Assembly (NCBI GenBank): GCA_036172245.1
Contig: JAYWIR010000003.1
Location: 5,890,001-5,954,000, forward strand
DNA length: 64,000 nt
Origin: Raillietiella orientalis
Taxonomy: Eukaryota
Reading direction: 5' to 3'
Numbering within the stretch: position 1 is the stretch's first letter; every line of letters starts with the position of its first letter. The position numbers and the translations under genes were made by a program. Below the pieces are notes generated by a model, which did no database searches, was not told the DNA's origin, and worked only from the letters and a program-made list of their open reading frames with translations. Below, piece after piece: positions 12,100 through 26,626 of the stretch.

Positions 12100-12800
12100 A
12101 ATTGTATGATGGTATCATGCGATGGTAGATGCACGACTTTTGCATAGCAAAAACTTTCCTCTGGCATTTATGAGGGCGTTAGGATTGCTATCCCAGATTC
12201 TCGGTAGTTTAAGATCTTCTGATTCGATTTTTCAGTCAGCTGAACCACACGTGCAACAACCTTTCGCGATAGATCTTCGCGAGACACTTACTTCATGAGG
12301 GGGGTGCCACATGCAGAGGCCGCCAAGATGAGAGATCTTCAGAGATGTGAGATTGCAGCCTGCTAATCGAAAAGACTGCGCTTAACTTGGAGAGGGAGCT
12401 GTGAAACCGAAGGTGCTATTCCCATAGGAAGGAGCGGTGCGATTCTATTTCTGAGGTCTGATGGACCTTGAACCACTAGACCTTTGCAGATTCGTACTCG
12501 AGCATTTACCCGGACCAAGATTGCGTCAGAATTCAGCTACATGAGATGCATTCAGCCAACACCACCCTCCTAAACATCAAAATCAGGATCTTATGGCTGA
12601 AGCGAGGATCCCTCTTGATCCCTCGTGGAGCTCCACTTTCCAGACTTCACGGTGATTTGGATCGCAAATTGGAGAATTCCGACTTAAGTGCAAAGGTTCG
12701 AAATACTCTGTCAGTATTATTGGGCGAGGAATCCGAAGGATGGGATAGTTCGTTGGTAGTGGTAGAGCGGTCACAGAGAATAGGCAGAGCTAGCCGGATA
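12100..12800 (-). mobile_element. possible BEL/Pao LTR-retrotransposon integrase relic
   Basis: LPTNYPIL..LH..REVW resembles the BEL integrase Zn-binding region, and SHLGGL resembles APHFGGLWE. Heavily decayed. Confidence 0.25.
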
Positions 12801-13367
12801 GAAAAAAGAAGGAAAAAATGAGATCAACTGCTTACTTTTGAATGATCACACCTTCCTCGAAGATGCAGTTATGCTTTGGGATTGGTTCTCATTATAACGA
12901 GAGAACCTTAAGACCAATGATGCCCTTCATCGTAAAAGCTGATACGGGTGGTGCTTTAACAGTGCGTCAAACCGAAAAGGAAAATAATAAATTGACATAA
13001 AGAAAGGAGGAACGAAATCGAGATGCTGGAATCGAGATGAAATTGAGCAGATTGGTTCCCGTTTTGAAAACACCCCAAAAAGTTTCTTCTCCTGCCTTAT
13101 CTACATCGAGGCCTGAGAGTAGAGCTGCTTCATACTAGTCCCGGCCCCGTTGGTTTCAAACCAATCATTTGAAGGGAATGAAATAATTCTATTCTATTCC
13201 AATCCATTGCAGTTTATTTCCATAAAGTCTATGGATTGCAGTCTGAATAAGATCATCCTAGCTAGTCAAAGTTAAGCTTTGAGGGAAATAGCAAGAAACA
13301 CTAAAGGAAAGCACAAAGGAACAAACCACACTGGGTTTCAAAACTGAGGCATGACCTCGGTCCTCTA

Positions 13368-13398
<31 letters not shown>

Positions 13399-15274
13399 CG
13401 AACATCAGAAAATTCATCTCAGCTTGAATAGTGATCGAAAAACTCAAGAACAGAAAACAGATGAGAACTGATAAAATGAAAATCTTGAGCCAAAGGTTGG
13501 AGTGCTATTTGTGCTTCACCATGACGCAATCACAAAGTTTTTTTGAAAATGGTGTAATGGGGAAACGCAGAGAGCACATTCCAAGAAAACGATTGTTTCT
13601 TCAATGTTTTCTTCAAATACTTTGACATCTTTACATTGAAAATTTGCCGAGTCACGTTGAAATCTTTTCCTCATAGCGAATTCATGGAACCGAACTTTGA
13701 ATCGGTGAAGTTTGCTTGCAACTCCGGCTCTGGGTTTAATGGAGACTTATCTACACCTAGCATTGGCACACGTAGGTCCTCACGGATGCTATCGACGATG
13801 CATACTAGGTCCGCCTAGAGCCTGCCGGCTTTCGAGTAGCCCCCGGCGATGTGGGTTAGCCCAAGTGCGTCATCCACGACGCGGATGGCGCCTTTGCACG
13901 GTTGCACGCGATGGGCAAGATATTTAGCAATTCTGTGGATTACGAATTGGCGTGACCTACGAAAACGGAAATTCAAGATGAATGATCTCCATAGAGAAGG
14001 AAAGTGATTTTTCACATTCATGCGGCGATCGCAATAAAGCCGATTGCTAAATGTGTTGCTTCCACCCATTTACACGTCAAATATTTATATGCTTTATTGG
14101 CTAGGTTTCGAGACCCAAAGAAACTGTCACATGGACCACGGAACCCGAAAACACGTGTTCTGATCATTCGTCCTCTGTGCGAAATTTTTCGGTTTCAACG
14201 CAAGTGATTTGCGATTTGTGATCTGTGCATATCTCCGTTCATTTCATGTAAATGAATTATCGTGCACGCCTGCGACGAGATGATGGCAATCATTTGAAAT
14301 GCTTGAGATGGTTGCTGTTCATTCTCTTTTTGAACTTGCACTTTATTTCACGTTCACCCCTTCAAGATCGTTGATGCAAATACAATCGTGTGCTGTTTTC
14401 CCCGCACATTTCATTTGAAATCCTTGAGTTAATCACACGCATGATTTTTAGCATGATTTCCTTTTTCAGCACATTTTAGCTTCCACGCAACTTGTTCGGT
14501 AACTTTTGGGGTGCAATGAGGCCCCAGCGGGGGGGCCTTCAAACCTTCGCACACTGCCCCTCCAAAGCACCCTGGAGGAATAAGGCAGTCCCCGGCGTGG
14601 AACACTCCCGTGTGGACAACACGAGGTGTCTTCGGCGTTCTGTGGGAGGATGCATCGTGGACCGGAGATTCAAATTCCCGCTTTTTAAATGATGAGACAA
14701 CCGTATGGATGAAATCACAACTCTGATGCCGGGACACCGTCAAGTCAGAAGGGATTACTCGCTGCCATCCGTTCCTCACCAACATTTAATGTGGGAACCC
14801 AAAAATTTCCCACCCAAAATTCCTTGTCTCTTAATCTCTTATTCTCTGTATTATTTTTTAGATGAGTTTTCGTTTAGATGGCATACCCAGGAGCACGGAG
14901 GCACATTTTCTTGTTTCAACAGGTTTTGTCAATTTTAACAGATAGGAATTTCCTTCATGTTTTCAATGGAGTTCCTTACTCATATTCTTGCAAGTAATGA
15001 AGCAAGAATCTTATGAAGTCGCGCACAAATTTGCTGTTAAACCATGAAGTGAAGTCAATTTTAGTATGTATCAAAATTACATCTCGATCCCGCTTGTCGA
15101 AGAGCGAGAACGGACACATACTTGCGAGAATTTTGGAATCCTTACAGAGAAAAAGACTTTTATGATGCAAAATTACATATTGAATAGGGCCGCCAACGCT
15201 TTTGTTCCCCAAACTGGTAGTGCACGAGAAAAGGTGAAATAATGGAAAGGATAAAAGTATTTGGGTTTATTACA

Positions 15275-17936
15275 TCAGCTATTAAGATCTGTAAGCAACA
15301 CAGCACAAGGATATCCATGAGGACACGTTGAACTCTCTAATCGGCTCGTAAAACTGCTGAATAAGTCTTGCAGTTCTGACAGAGGTCGTATGGTGGTTAA
15401 CTGGCGAACTCTGAGCAAGCATTCATCTTGGAAATGACGACGAACCATTAACGGCCGACAAACTTTAAATGAACTGTCCGGAAAATCGCGTACAATTTTC
15501 AAAACTTCTTCCACATCAGCTAGTGACATGCCCGGTACACTTGTATCTAACCCTTCAACTACGGCCTCAGTCTGTATACTGCAAACTAGAAGGATGCGTA
15601 TTCCATTGTTTATGAGCCGAGAATCGGATACCAGGTAAACATGAGCTCTAGATGTTGGTTGACGCTCCAACTTGAGCAATGTGCTCCACAAATCACTTTT
15701 TAATTGACTAAATAATGGCTGAAAGCAATACTATGCACGTTACCTATTTACCTGGCTGAAATATGGGGAGGATGCTTAAGAGTAACAGAACTTAGGCAAT
15801 GATTTTCTAGCATCCTTTCATACAGCACTCTCTCCTCTAGGCGGAATGGATCCATAAGGTAAATGCGTTTCGAGTCGACGGAAACACAAAGATGATAGGG
15901 GGGCAGCATGCCAATAATGCTCCTTCCTTCTGAGAATGAAGTCATTTTTTCTTTCCATTCACAAGGAACGATCTTCTGCTTCCGTTCAAACAATGTTTGT
16001 GTAGGTAGCACTAGGGCATCCAGCATAGACCTGGAGTGCAATACAGGATTCTTCGAGAGACTGAAGTGAATTTTGCATTAAGTTTTACAATTGTGACTCT
16101 CAGTACCAAGATGCACGAGGATTTTTTGTCAGATCCTGCTGATTGACAACCTTTTCGTTTTTCTGGTGATTTTTTTTTGTTGTTAGGCGTCCTCTGGGTT
16201 TGTCTGTCCCAACAGAGACCAAGTTAGTATGCTGATCTTTCAAAACATCACCACTTTGAGACAAGCATGCTTGATGAACTGAAGGACTCTTATTTCCCCT
16301 GATTTGATTCTCCTGGACTAAAGGATGATGAGATGTGGTCGCAATTAGTTTCACTGGCTATGCAATATTTGTAAAAACAATAATGGAATTTCGATGCTTA
16401 CTTGTTCTATATTAACTAAATGACCATGGCTCCACTTTTCTTGGAAGCTGATCTTATCTGACAGTAAGTTGCACACAGTATCAGAAGGCTGGTTGTTACC
16501 ATCAGAATGGCTAGAAACAGGCACATTGGATGACAACTTGCAATTCGCATGTTCTTTGTGTTCTTCTGTTGTATTAAAGTCAGAACTCTTATGATCAACT
16601 GACAAAGTAGTAATGGCAGCAGCATTGGTATCCGCTGGCATTTTGACAGAGACTGACGCAGTACAATTTTGAATATCGTCATTCTGTGAATGTTCATCTT
16701 GACTATATAATTTATGCATTAGCTTTTCAGCTAATTGAAGTAGCTGTTCCTGAAAAATGTAAAATTACAAATCTGCATATGAAAAAATGATGCAGCTACC
16801 TTGGATTCAATAAAAGCTGTTCCTTTTGCTGAATTCACATTTATATCTACCATATGCTGAGGTATTGTAACATACACACAGCAAATAGGATAACTTTTCG
16901 GTTTGGCTCCAACAGCTGCACATATAAATTGTCGGAGCACCTAGACAAAATGAGCTGGTCAATATGGATATTGCTCACCTTTTCCAGTAATTTGAGGATC
17001 ACAGGTCGATGGTTAACAAATACAAACATGCGAGATGCATGAGATGAGGTTGCTTGTTGTGCAGGAGTGCCTGGGAGAGGCAAAAAAGCTTCTAAGCGAA
17101 TCTAATTAAAAGAACACTGAAATGCTCTTACACCTGAACTACCTACCAATCCATCTTCTTCTGAAACATTTACCATTTGCTGAACTACTGTGGGTCCCAA
17201 CACACTAACCAAGGCGGATCGTAAATCTTCTCCAGGACTTTTCTGCCACACAATAGAACCATTGTGTAAAAAGATGAGACGCAAGTGTGGATGAACCAGT
17301 GCATATCTGTGCAATGTGGTCAAAATAGATTGCAATTCTTCTTTACAATGGCGGAGTTCTTTGTACCACTGAAGACGCACCGGCAGCTTTTTGAATATTT
17401 CCAGAACAGTGACAATAGTTCCAACACCCATGGCACATGGTTTTTGCTCTATGATAGCTCCATTGCTGTTGAATTTGTAATGAGTAGGAATCACATCTTC
17501 ATTGGTTGCAGTTCGAATTTCCAAAGAGGACACAGTGCATAAAGAATTCAGGGCTTCTCCACGAAAACCAAGAGTCTTTAGCTCATCTTCAGGTGACAAA
17601 TGAAAATTGACTCCATTTTTCCCAACCTACTTAAATCACTAAACTGAGTAAGTTTGGACGTATGGTGTGCTTTAGCAAGATATGGGATATCTTCCTTAAA
17701 AATTCCTGTTCCATTATCTTTCACCTCTATCAATTCAAGACCATAATTCAGCTGGAAGCATGCTTTACTTAAGCTACACAAAGTCAGATTTACTTTACCA
17801 AGCGCACTTCAATAGATGTTGCTTGAGCATCTAAGGAATTTTCCAATAACTCTTTAACAACAGAAGCAGCAGAATTGATAACATGGCTGCTTTGAATTAG
17901 ATGCACAGTATCTTGTGGCAACTGCTTGATATGCAT
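15275..17936 (-). CDS. PMS1: mismatch repair MutL-family protein PMS1 (~767 aa, 9 exons: 17936-17799, 17751-17631, 17586-17147, 17101-16979, 16940-16800, 16749-16402, 16357-16107, 16060-15752, 15707-15275)
   Basis: [50 protein letters not shown] gives the GHKL ATPase motifs. The C-terminal [21 protein letters not shown] and CPHG match PMS1, and the DQHA(X)2E(X)4E motif of PMS2 is absent. The GT-AG exons sum to 2304 nt in one frame. Confidence 0.92.
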
Positions 17937-20900
17937 GTTCACTCATTTATGGTCTAGGCAGAAAATAAAAACTCGATACATAATTTGCAAAAAACAAAGT
18001 TCGCAAGTATGCGCGTTATATAAGTATACGTCGTTATATAACCTTCTGAACCAAATGAAAATTGGAAAACTGCCTACTTTAGAAGCTTCATATGAAGAAA
18101 TTAGGAGATTTGTGCAATAGGGAAATGTTCTTGTATTCTCTAACGGTATGTATGTAAAACAGTTTGTATGGATTGCATTCTTAAACTAAGAATGACTGCA
18201 ATGCAAGAATGAATTCATTTCTTGATTTCGCAAATGTCTAAATACTATCTAATAAAAGGAATGAACGGGTGCAAACGACCAAAGCAATCTCAAAGTTGAA
18301 TCGCAGCTCGATTCAGGTTTAAATATGGCAAACTTTTGACTACAAACATAATAGTGTCTATGAAATAATAATTATGAACACGAATAATTAAATCAATATG
18401 AACAGTGTAAAGGTAGTTCTCAATTACAGAAACACTAACTGCATTTGCTCGGTATTCCAATCCTGCGAATGTTATTCCGAAATCATTTCGCCGAACGTTA
18501 CGAAAGAATTCTTTCCAAAAGCTTTGGGAATCATAAATCAAATAACTGTAAAGCATTCTGGAGCATATAACTAATAATAATTATACGAAGACAGCAATAC
18601 AGTAAACAATGAGTACGGTACAATGGTACAATGCAAGTCAATATGATAAAAAGCATGAAAAAGAAGTTATAAAACATCATGTGCAAAACAGATTCGAGAT
18701 TGAACATAATATATTATGAAATTAAAGCATACATACTTAATTTTCAAGCTTTCTTTTAAGGCATTCACTAAAGATTTACTACATAACCACAACGTAACAC
18801 CTGCACTGCTTCAACACTGTGAAATTCTGCAAGGGTTTCAAGAAAATTAATGATTCACATTTTGTATGATCAAGGTAACTGGAATCAATCAAACGATCAT
18901 TTCAATGATGATTTCAGTTATCTTGGACTTATGTCAAACCCATATGCGTACACTGTATGTACGTACGTGTATATATACACAGGAACAACTGGAGTTACAT
19001 TGAAATGATCGCTTGAATATATACATATACATATTTTGTTGTCGTCGAATGATAACCGATTGCAAATAGGCGGAAATTGGACGTCAATGTAGTAAAGGCA
19101 AACCAGTCAGACTCTTCTGTCAGACTCAGTTTTTTTTGAAACTCCGGAATGTTTTCTGTCCGAAAAATTTAAATGAACTCACATGCGCTTTCTTTTTTTT
19201 TTTTTATAAGCCAAGTCAGCTTTCACATTCGTTGAAAAGAACTCTGAGAATAAATAGTGAGTAATTGAAAGCAGTCATTAATTTGAAATATCAGAACTCT
19301 ATGAGCGTTCAAGAAAACTTAAAATGGAATTTCACGCATTGCTTACTGAGGTTTCAAGTGGTTCTAGCACCTTAAAGTCATTAAGCATCTCTGAAAAAGT
19401 CTCCATATGAAGATACAAATGAAATTTCCTGATTCATATCTTTAGTCGCAATTCAGCCTTCAGTCCATGGGAGTCGCTTTTCATCCGCTCTTGGATTACA
19501 CCATGCAGATTTAGGCCTAAATCGAAGTTTGAACTCTCGGAAATCTTTTTGAACTTTCCAAATCGCATAAAAAGATACGCTGATGATGCAAAATGGATTC
19601 AAGATGAAAATGCACTGAGATTCATTTACTTGGTTTTGTGTCCCATTCGCAGACTTGGCAGAGAATTTTCTTTTTTTTTTTTTTTTTCGTTCAAATGACT
19701 GTGCCTCGGAGATCACAATCCACAACCACAAACTCCTACTCCTACAAACTCCAATTGGAATCTTTGTTTTTTTTCTTTTGTTGATATCTTCAAATCAATC
19801 GATAATATTCATTTGCCCACTTTTTTTTGAACAGACAGTATTATGTCGACTTATATTGTGAAAACACATGGTAAAAAAGAATTTTGCAAGAACAGCTTAG
19901 ATCATACTGAATTTCGCCACGAACCAGAAAATCCATTTTGAAAGTGAGGCGGTGGATTTCACAGTTCATATTTCGCTATGTACATAAATGGACTGCCAAA
20001 AAGGTGATCCGATTTTCATTAATAGTTAAGCTCACCAATTACTTCGAAAAGATTCCTATTTATCCAAAGTTTAAGCAGAGCTGCTCCAAATCTATTGAGG
20101 AGACTAGAGAAAACAACGATTAAAAAGGTCAGAAATCTGCCAGCATGGAAACCTTTAGGAAAACTCAGTAGGATCATGGATCTCAGAAAGGGGCATATTT
20201 TTATGTCCTGTACAATCTCAATCAGAAATATGTCCCGTACTGAGATTCATGATCGTGATAGTTTCATGATCACATTCGATATGACCAAACCACCCCAAGT
20301 GAAAATTTAGAACTATAACAAGTAGTTATTAAGATTTAAGACGTTTTTGCATATAAGCTGGAAATAAACCCAATATCTTAGAGGTAATTTTCAGAACACT
20401 AAAAGAAATACATCCGTAACAGTTTAACCTACCTTTTGACTCAATGCTATCATTAATAAACTGTATGAATAATCAAAGAGGCATGTCTCTGAGAAATAAA
20501 ACTATCCAGAAACTCGGGAAATATATCACTATAAAATGAGATTCATGACGGAAACTTTTGCAATGCTCAGATGATTCCAATTACAATCTGTCGGATAACT
20601 TCAAGGAAAATGGTCACTTTTGCTCCCTCAAAGCTTCTTATCTGAAAAGAGGAAAACGAAGAAAAAGAAAGAATAGAGAACGAACAAAGATTAAAAACAG
20701 ATTACGCTGGGTCAAAACTAACATTATTATACCCTCGGGACACCTTGAAATCCGGATGATCAACCTTTAAGATTAACTAAAATGAGGAGCGACACCCCAA
20801 AATTAGGTAGAAATCTACGAAATTTCTCTGCCTCGTCCACTTATGCTTAGAGCACAGCAAACATGACCCGGCGATTTATAGGTATGACTTGACTTGTGGA

Positions 20901-21499
20901 GAAGTGACTATTGTGGAGAAGAAAGTAGTAATTCCTGAGTATTGCAAACAGAATACAGTTTGACTGCTTGCTTAAGAACGTGGTAGTCATGCAGCAACCA
21001 ATGCTGGGTAGGATGGAAATTCATAACCATTCCTGTTGTGTCTTTCAAAGTGGTTACATATGTTACATTTCATTTTCAATAGTGCTGTGCAGTGATTGTG
21101 AGTACGAGATGGGCTTATAAGCGGCATAGACAAAGAACGTGTAGAAAAGAGAAAAAGTACCATCACGACTGGAGAGCATAAAATTCTTTCCTAATCCAAT
21201 GAAAACTTTACGTGGACTAGAAAACCTTCTAAATAACTCCTATTAGACACCCAAAGGACGAACCGGGGGATTATGTCTCCGTATTCTTGATTTGCTAAGT
21301 AAGGTAACTCCTTTGCTCAGGACACCTTTTGAAACTAAAATGGGTGCAACCCCAAGTTTCAAGCGTGTACAACAAGAGATTACTCAAGCCAATACTTGGT
21401 TGATGTACGGCAGCTCAGCAGTTGATCGAAAACACATAACGTTAGTCCTGATAAACGTGCAACGTTCCTACATATGTTAGGGCTGCCAAACTCAGTGGA

Positions 21500-22440
21500 C
21501 ATTGCACTGGAGTGAAAAGATTGAAGTCTCCCCTGGATCGGGTACGGAAATGGCACCGTGCTTCCTTCCCATGTTCAAGAGCACGCTTGCTGGACCAGTT
21601 GGACCGATTTCAAATATTTCATGAGTCACTTCGTGCTTCGGGCCAGTTGCCATTGTGTGGCAAGTTTTATAACAGAAGCCCACGATGACCGAGAACATAG
21701 AGTTACGAGGGACATGAGGTATGCAAGCGAAATGTGTGATGTGCTGCAAGAATGCTCGGGGTTTAGCTTTGGGATTAGTTAGCATGCGGATATTAGAAAA
21801 GGCAAAGGAAAAGGGTTGGGGGAACATGAAACCTGCACTGTTCTGCTGCCATGCCATTACTGCTGTTCGGAAATGACATCGAGAATTGGTATTCTTTACA
21901 AGACAGAAAGCGTAGAAGTTCATTCTTTGATCTTTGACTTCTGTGCAGATCGTATCAAAAAGCTCCAGCATTCGCCCTTGCTGGTAGTGTTCGTGCAAAA
22001 CACCTACCAGATTACTCTTAATGGCAGTCAACTTACAATGGCGTTGGCATTCGAAATCTCTGCAGAATATTTTGGATAAATAAGAAACGGAGGATGCAGA
22101 GGATAGCATTAAGGGGAAAAAATACATTAAATTTACTGCTGCTCTCGTAAAACACGATGGACTTTCTATCTGTTTCCATAGGCAAGTGCAGGATAGCATT
22201 CTTTCTGATAAACTTGAGAGTCTTACTGAGCGAGCTGTCATTCGTTTTCATTCACTACATCGCCTCTCAGATCATCACAATAATAAGGATGACGTTTCCT
22301 CCATTCTCCTTGGTCCTGACGTGCGTCAAACCGTACTATTCCAACGTAGGCATGCACTGGTGGATACCAAAACAAACACAAGGAAGCAGTGCCAACACCA
22401 TTACTGCTGAAGTATGGAATTGATTAGGAGCTAAATGATA
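21500..22440 (+). mobile_element. possible decayed Merlin/ISXO2-like (IS1595 family) transposase
   Basis: EISAEYFG (VEIDESxFG), ALVDTKT and NTITAEVWN (NHxxxFVDPxTGxHTNTIExxW) in the expected order, with stops and frameshifts. No TIRs identified. Confidence 0.35.
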
Positions 22441-23099
22441 AAAATCATAGACGGGGTAATTACTTATTGATTCTATCGGAGATTTCAAATCAAGCCTCCG
22501 TTCCTTCACTGTGAAACCAAATTTGGAAATGTCTGGTATTGCAGCTCCTTTGGCCTATAATATAGCCATAATGCACTAATATTAATCATACAACATAGCA
22601 AAATTAGCTGAATTTTCGAAGAAAAAAAAAGCTTTGTTAACAAGTGCCTATGTGATTTCTAGCATTCAAACATGCAAATGTGTAAATAAATGTCTGTGCA
22701 TGTACATATGAAAGAAGCCGAAGAATGCTTTCGTTGCTATTTTATGATACCACTTATAGTTGCTAAAGAGAGATGGATATAGGATACATTTATGGGTTTG
22801 TTCGAAAAATGGAGTCCAACTTTCAGACGTGGAACTCGATATATTAAAATCAAAAACTCAATTCATCCATTAAACTCAACCTCTTGATATTCTTCCTCCA
22901 GGCTGGACTAAACACTAAGCAAGCAGCAGTTGCCTTGAGATCTCTATCCCTGCTTGAGTGAACTTCCTGGTGCTGTGACAATGTTGTTCTGAGGAAAAGT
23001 GGAACCAAATGTGATGCACAGACAGAACAGAATAAAAAATACTGCTACACTTTGTGGCTTTTAATGGTATCAGTATGTTAAATTACCATGTTATATCAT

Positions 23100-23640
23100 T
23101 GATATTAGTATATTATGGATATATTGCAGTCTTGAGAAACTTGCGAGAGAGGCAAGCAAGGAGATAAAGCAAGGATCTGGGAGGCGGTTTAAGACACGAA
23201 AAATGTTCAGTTGGCCCGATCATTCCGTGATCGGTGAATCTTTTGTGTTAGAAGATGGAAGCACAGAATGCAGAGCTTCGTAACACTTTAGAAAGCGACA
23301 TGAGGCTGCACTGCCGCAGGCTGCACGATGCTCATGATGATTTATAGTAGATTGTAGATTCCTCAGATGCTATAGGCCATGGTCGACTGCCGGCTGTGCC
23401 TAAAGATGGAGTTGGATGTTTCACATATCACTGAATATTTTCGAGATATCTGGATGTGCAGAGACTTTATTGATATCACAATCATTAGTGATCTGCGATT
23501 CAGATCACAAACCTGTTTTTTCATTGGAATTTGCGAAGCTGTCTTTGTGGCGGTTAATATTGGCGCATTCATCAGACCGAATTGAGTTCTATTGTGAGAG
23601 GCGTGTGATTTTCGTCTACTTATACATCGGATCAAAGCAC
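23100..23640 (-). mobile_element. Ty3/Gypsy reverse transcriptase relic
   Basis: QFGLMNAP matches the PFGLxNAP RT motif; the surrounding sequence is decayed. Confidence 0.35.
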
Positions 23641-26626
23641 TTTTACTTATCAGTTGTTCATAAGAGTCTAAGGAAAGTTTGTGAGTAACAGCCTAAGGAT
23701 GGAGACAGGGAGAATTCGGCCATGTTGGAAAGAGGGCTGGAACCAACATTACCCACCACAGCTAGTTCTAGTCCCGGCTGTAGGAGGACTCGACTAAACA
23801 TTCTCTGAAACCTACAGCGTCCCCATTTACATTAACAGCAGATAAGTTCTTGCTAAATAAAAAGTACCGATTGCGAAACTAATAAGTTTTGAAAAGAAGA
23901 GCTGGTGAAGAAACAACGGAGCTGCAAACATTGCCTTTCGAATCGTTCTATTTCCAAATGACCACTACAAAACAAAGGGAGTCTGGATGCAGAGGATAGT
24001 ATTCCAAACTACAACCTCTACAACTGAGCGTTCTTATTCCGAAATGGCTGTTTTTAGTTTATCAGCAGTACTGTAGAAGCAACTTTGTCATAGTTGGAAT
24101 CATAGTGTCGAGCCAGGGCAAGAGAGTGCTCGACAAATCCGCTTCATGACGAAGCATCTTGTTTCTCTTTGCACGTTTTCTAAAAGTCGGAACAGACTTG
24201 CAGGCAAACATTCTCCCACTTCCAGGAAAACCTCCGAAAGGACCGGTTCCCTTGAAGATGAGACAGTAACTCATTAGAGAGTGGCGGTTTTCCGGAGCGT
24301 TTTAGGAATCCCCAAGTCTTTTTGCTCCTCGCAAAGCCCTCGGAAAACCAGTTTGGTAGCAGAATGAAGCCAGACAGAGCGCTTCCTATTCCTCATCAAC
24401 TCCATACGAACAAACCGCACTCCTCACGAGAAAGAAAATTTTGGATGTTGTATCACCTCTACAAACTCTTCAGTTATATTATTAGAATATGAGCTAGCAT
24501 TTGCCACAGATCAATTGGGCTTTACTTAATGTGGAAGCTGAGACTCGGGGCATTGGTAGGTCGTCAACAGCCTTGCAGTCACACTGGACTTTCCACTACT
24601 AATTAACATCTTGAGACTCAGATACCTAGAAGAGCCAACTTGAAGCAGTGCTGCCATGATTTTAAGTAAAAATCAAGAACAGAAGTTCCCAATTTCGTGG
24701 ACGATTGAATGAACAAAACAAACGGCTCTAAATATTGCTAGAAAGCTACTGAAGCTGATTGGAAATCTGGATGTCATGTTTACGGCTGTGTCGTGGAACC
24801 CTTCTTGAGACGTCTGATGGGACAAACTATAGAAAATCCATTTTTATTTGTAAAGGAATTCATCCGCTTAGGTTGCTCTCGGACTATTATTTGTTCTGCG
24901 TCCCTACCAATCATGAGTGTTTCTCAGGTAACGTTACGCAAGTTCACAACTGCTGAATCACAAGATGAGCAGGTTCACCAGAAGAATCGTGAAACTCCCC
25001 GGTAACGCTGTCGGTCAGCAATAGACGAACCATGCACACACCGAGAAAGAAAACTTACTTAAAAATGGTCACAGGTAAGTCTGAGTTCCTGTGCAATTTC
25101 TTCCGTTTCAAGTACAACTTCAGTTTTCTTTATTTCATACTCACGGCTACTTTAGGGATCCCGAACCAGTGGAAAATCACACCTTAATGAAACTAACAAA
25201 CATCCTCCTGTAATGGGATGCGTCAATAAATTGCAAAGTCTTGGAATCACTTCAAATGTCGTGTTTAACACCGAAATTTGAAAACGCTCCGAGAAAATTA
25301 CTTGAAATCTGAACTACCAAATGTAGGTGCAACTCTGAAAAGTACTTGTTTCTTTCCTTATTTTCCAAATGGCATCAGAAATAGACTAAGTGCGAGTACA
25401 TTTATTCCATGATTGAACTCTGGTGCTGATGAGTATAGCAAGAAAACTTGTATATGGGAGCACATGCTTCGTATTCAATGAATTTGAAGCAATTACATGG
25501 AAGGACCTTTGAAAAAAATAAAAGATCATTCCAGACACTTCACTTCAAAGGCATACCCCCCTTTTCGCTTTCAATATCATCCATCATGAGAATTTTCAAT
25601 GGAAATAAACAGTATTCAAAGGAAATCGTTTAGATTGTATTTCATCTTCAAACAGAAGCATGTTAACACTTGAACATTTCCGTTCGGATTTTCGATATGG
25701 CTAATTTGGGGCAGTTTCATTAAAGAATTCTACAGTCCTTGAGGATTAACTGAGGATAAATTTCACTCTCGCAAATAGGTTTCAGCTCTCATCTGTCATT
25801 TATACTGCAATTTTGTGCATTTTCTGGTGACGATGGAATGAGAAACCCATACATTACCAGTGACCAAACGTGACTCTGTTCTAAAACTAATTCTGCAAAA
25901 ATTGGTGGAAAATCTCAAATAAAAGGGAGAATATTTTTGATCGTTATAACATGAATGATTTTAACAAAAATGGATATGCAATGGTGTTTTCAATGATGTC
26001 CAGTATTTATAAAGATCTCGCTATCACTTTGTCCTCATATTCAAAGAGATCATGTTTAGAAAAATTAAAACATCTTTCTAACATTAAATTCAAAAAATTC
26101 GTTGAAATAATAAACAGGAAATCAAATAATTTATCGAATACGTGGAGTTGTAAAAGCTGCATGGACTTGATAAAACTCTAATACATATGATGAACATTCT
26201 ATAATTTATTTTTAAATTTAGAAGAAAAGAAAAACAGAACATTATAACTATATAAGTAGTTGTTTAAAAGAGTTCTATAAGAAGTTATCATTTTTCATTA
26301 TAATTGACAATGAACATTGCATACAAATTTGCATAAAGAGAGAAACAGCTCGTAGAGGCACTATAGAGGATATGGATTAATTCAATTAGTCATAGTTCGG
26401 GACTTCTTTCTTCAAGATAATACTATATAACACCTAGTCAATGTTATGTATGAATAAAATTATTTTTTCTTCCTATTGGCTTTCTATTTAAGAATTTTAG
26501 TGATATTTCTTTTATTTCAATGCTTTATGTTCATAAGCTTAAAAGTTCACTTGGTATGTCTAAATTGATAAAAACAAGGAGTGGTGGCGTGTAAGGTTGC
26601 ATTTGTTATTGTGGAGAGCGTGCAAG

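Noticed and set aside
14587..14730. RNase MRP-like AGTCCCCGG and a C/D-box-like ATGATGA...CTGA
   Set aside because: No matching MRP CR-V strand; the C and D boxes are only ~35 nt apart with no terminal stem.
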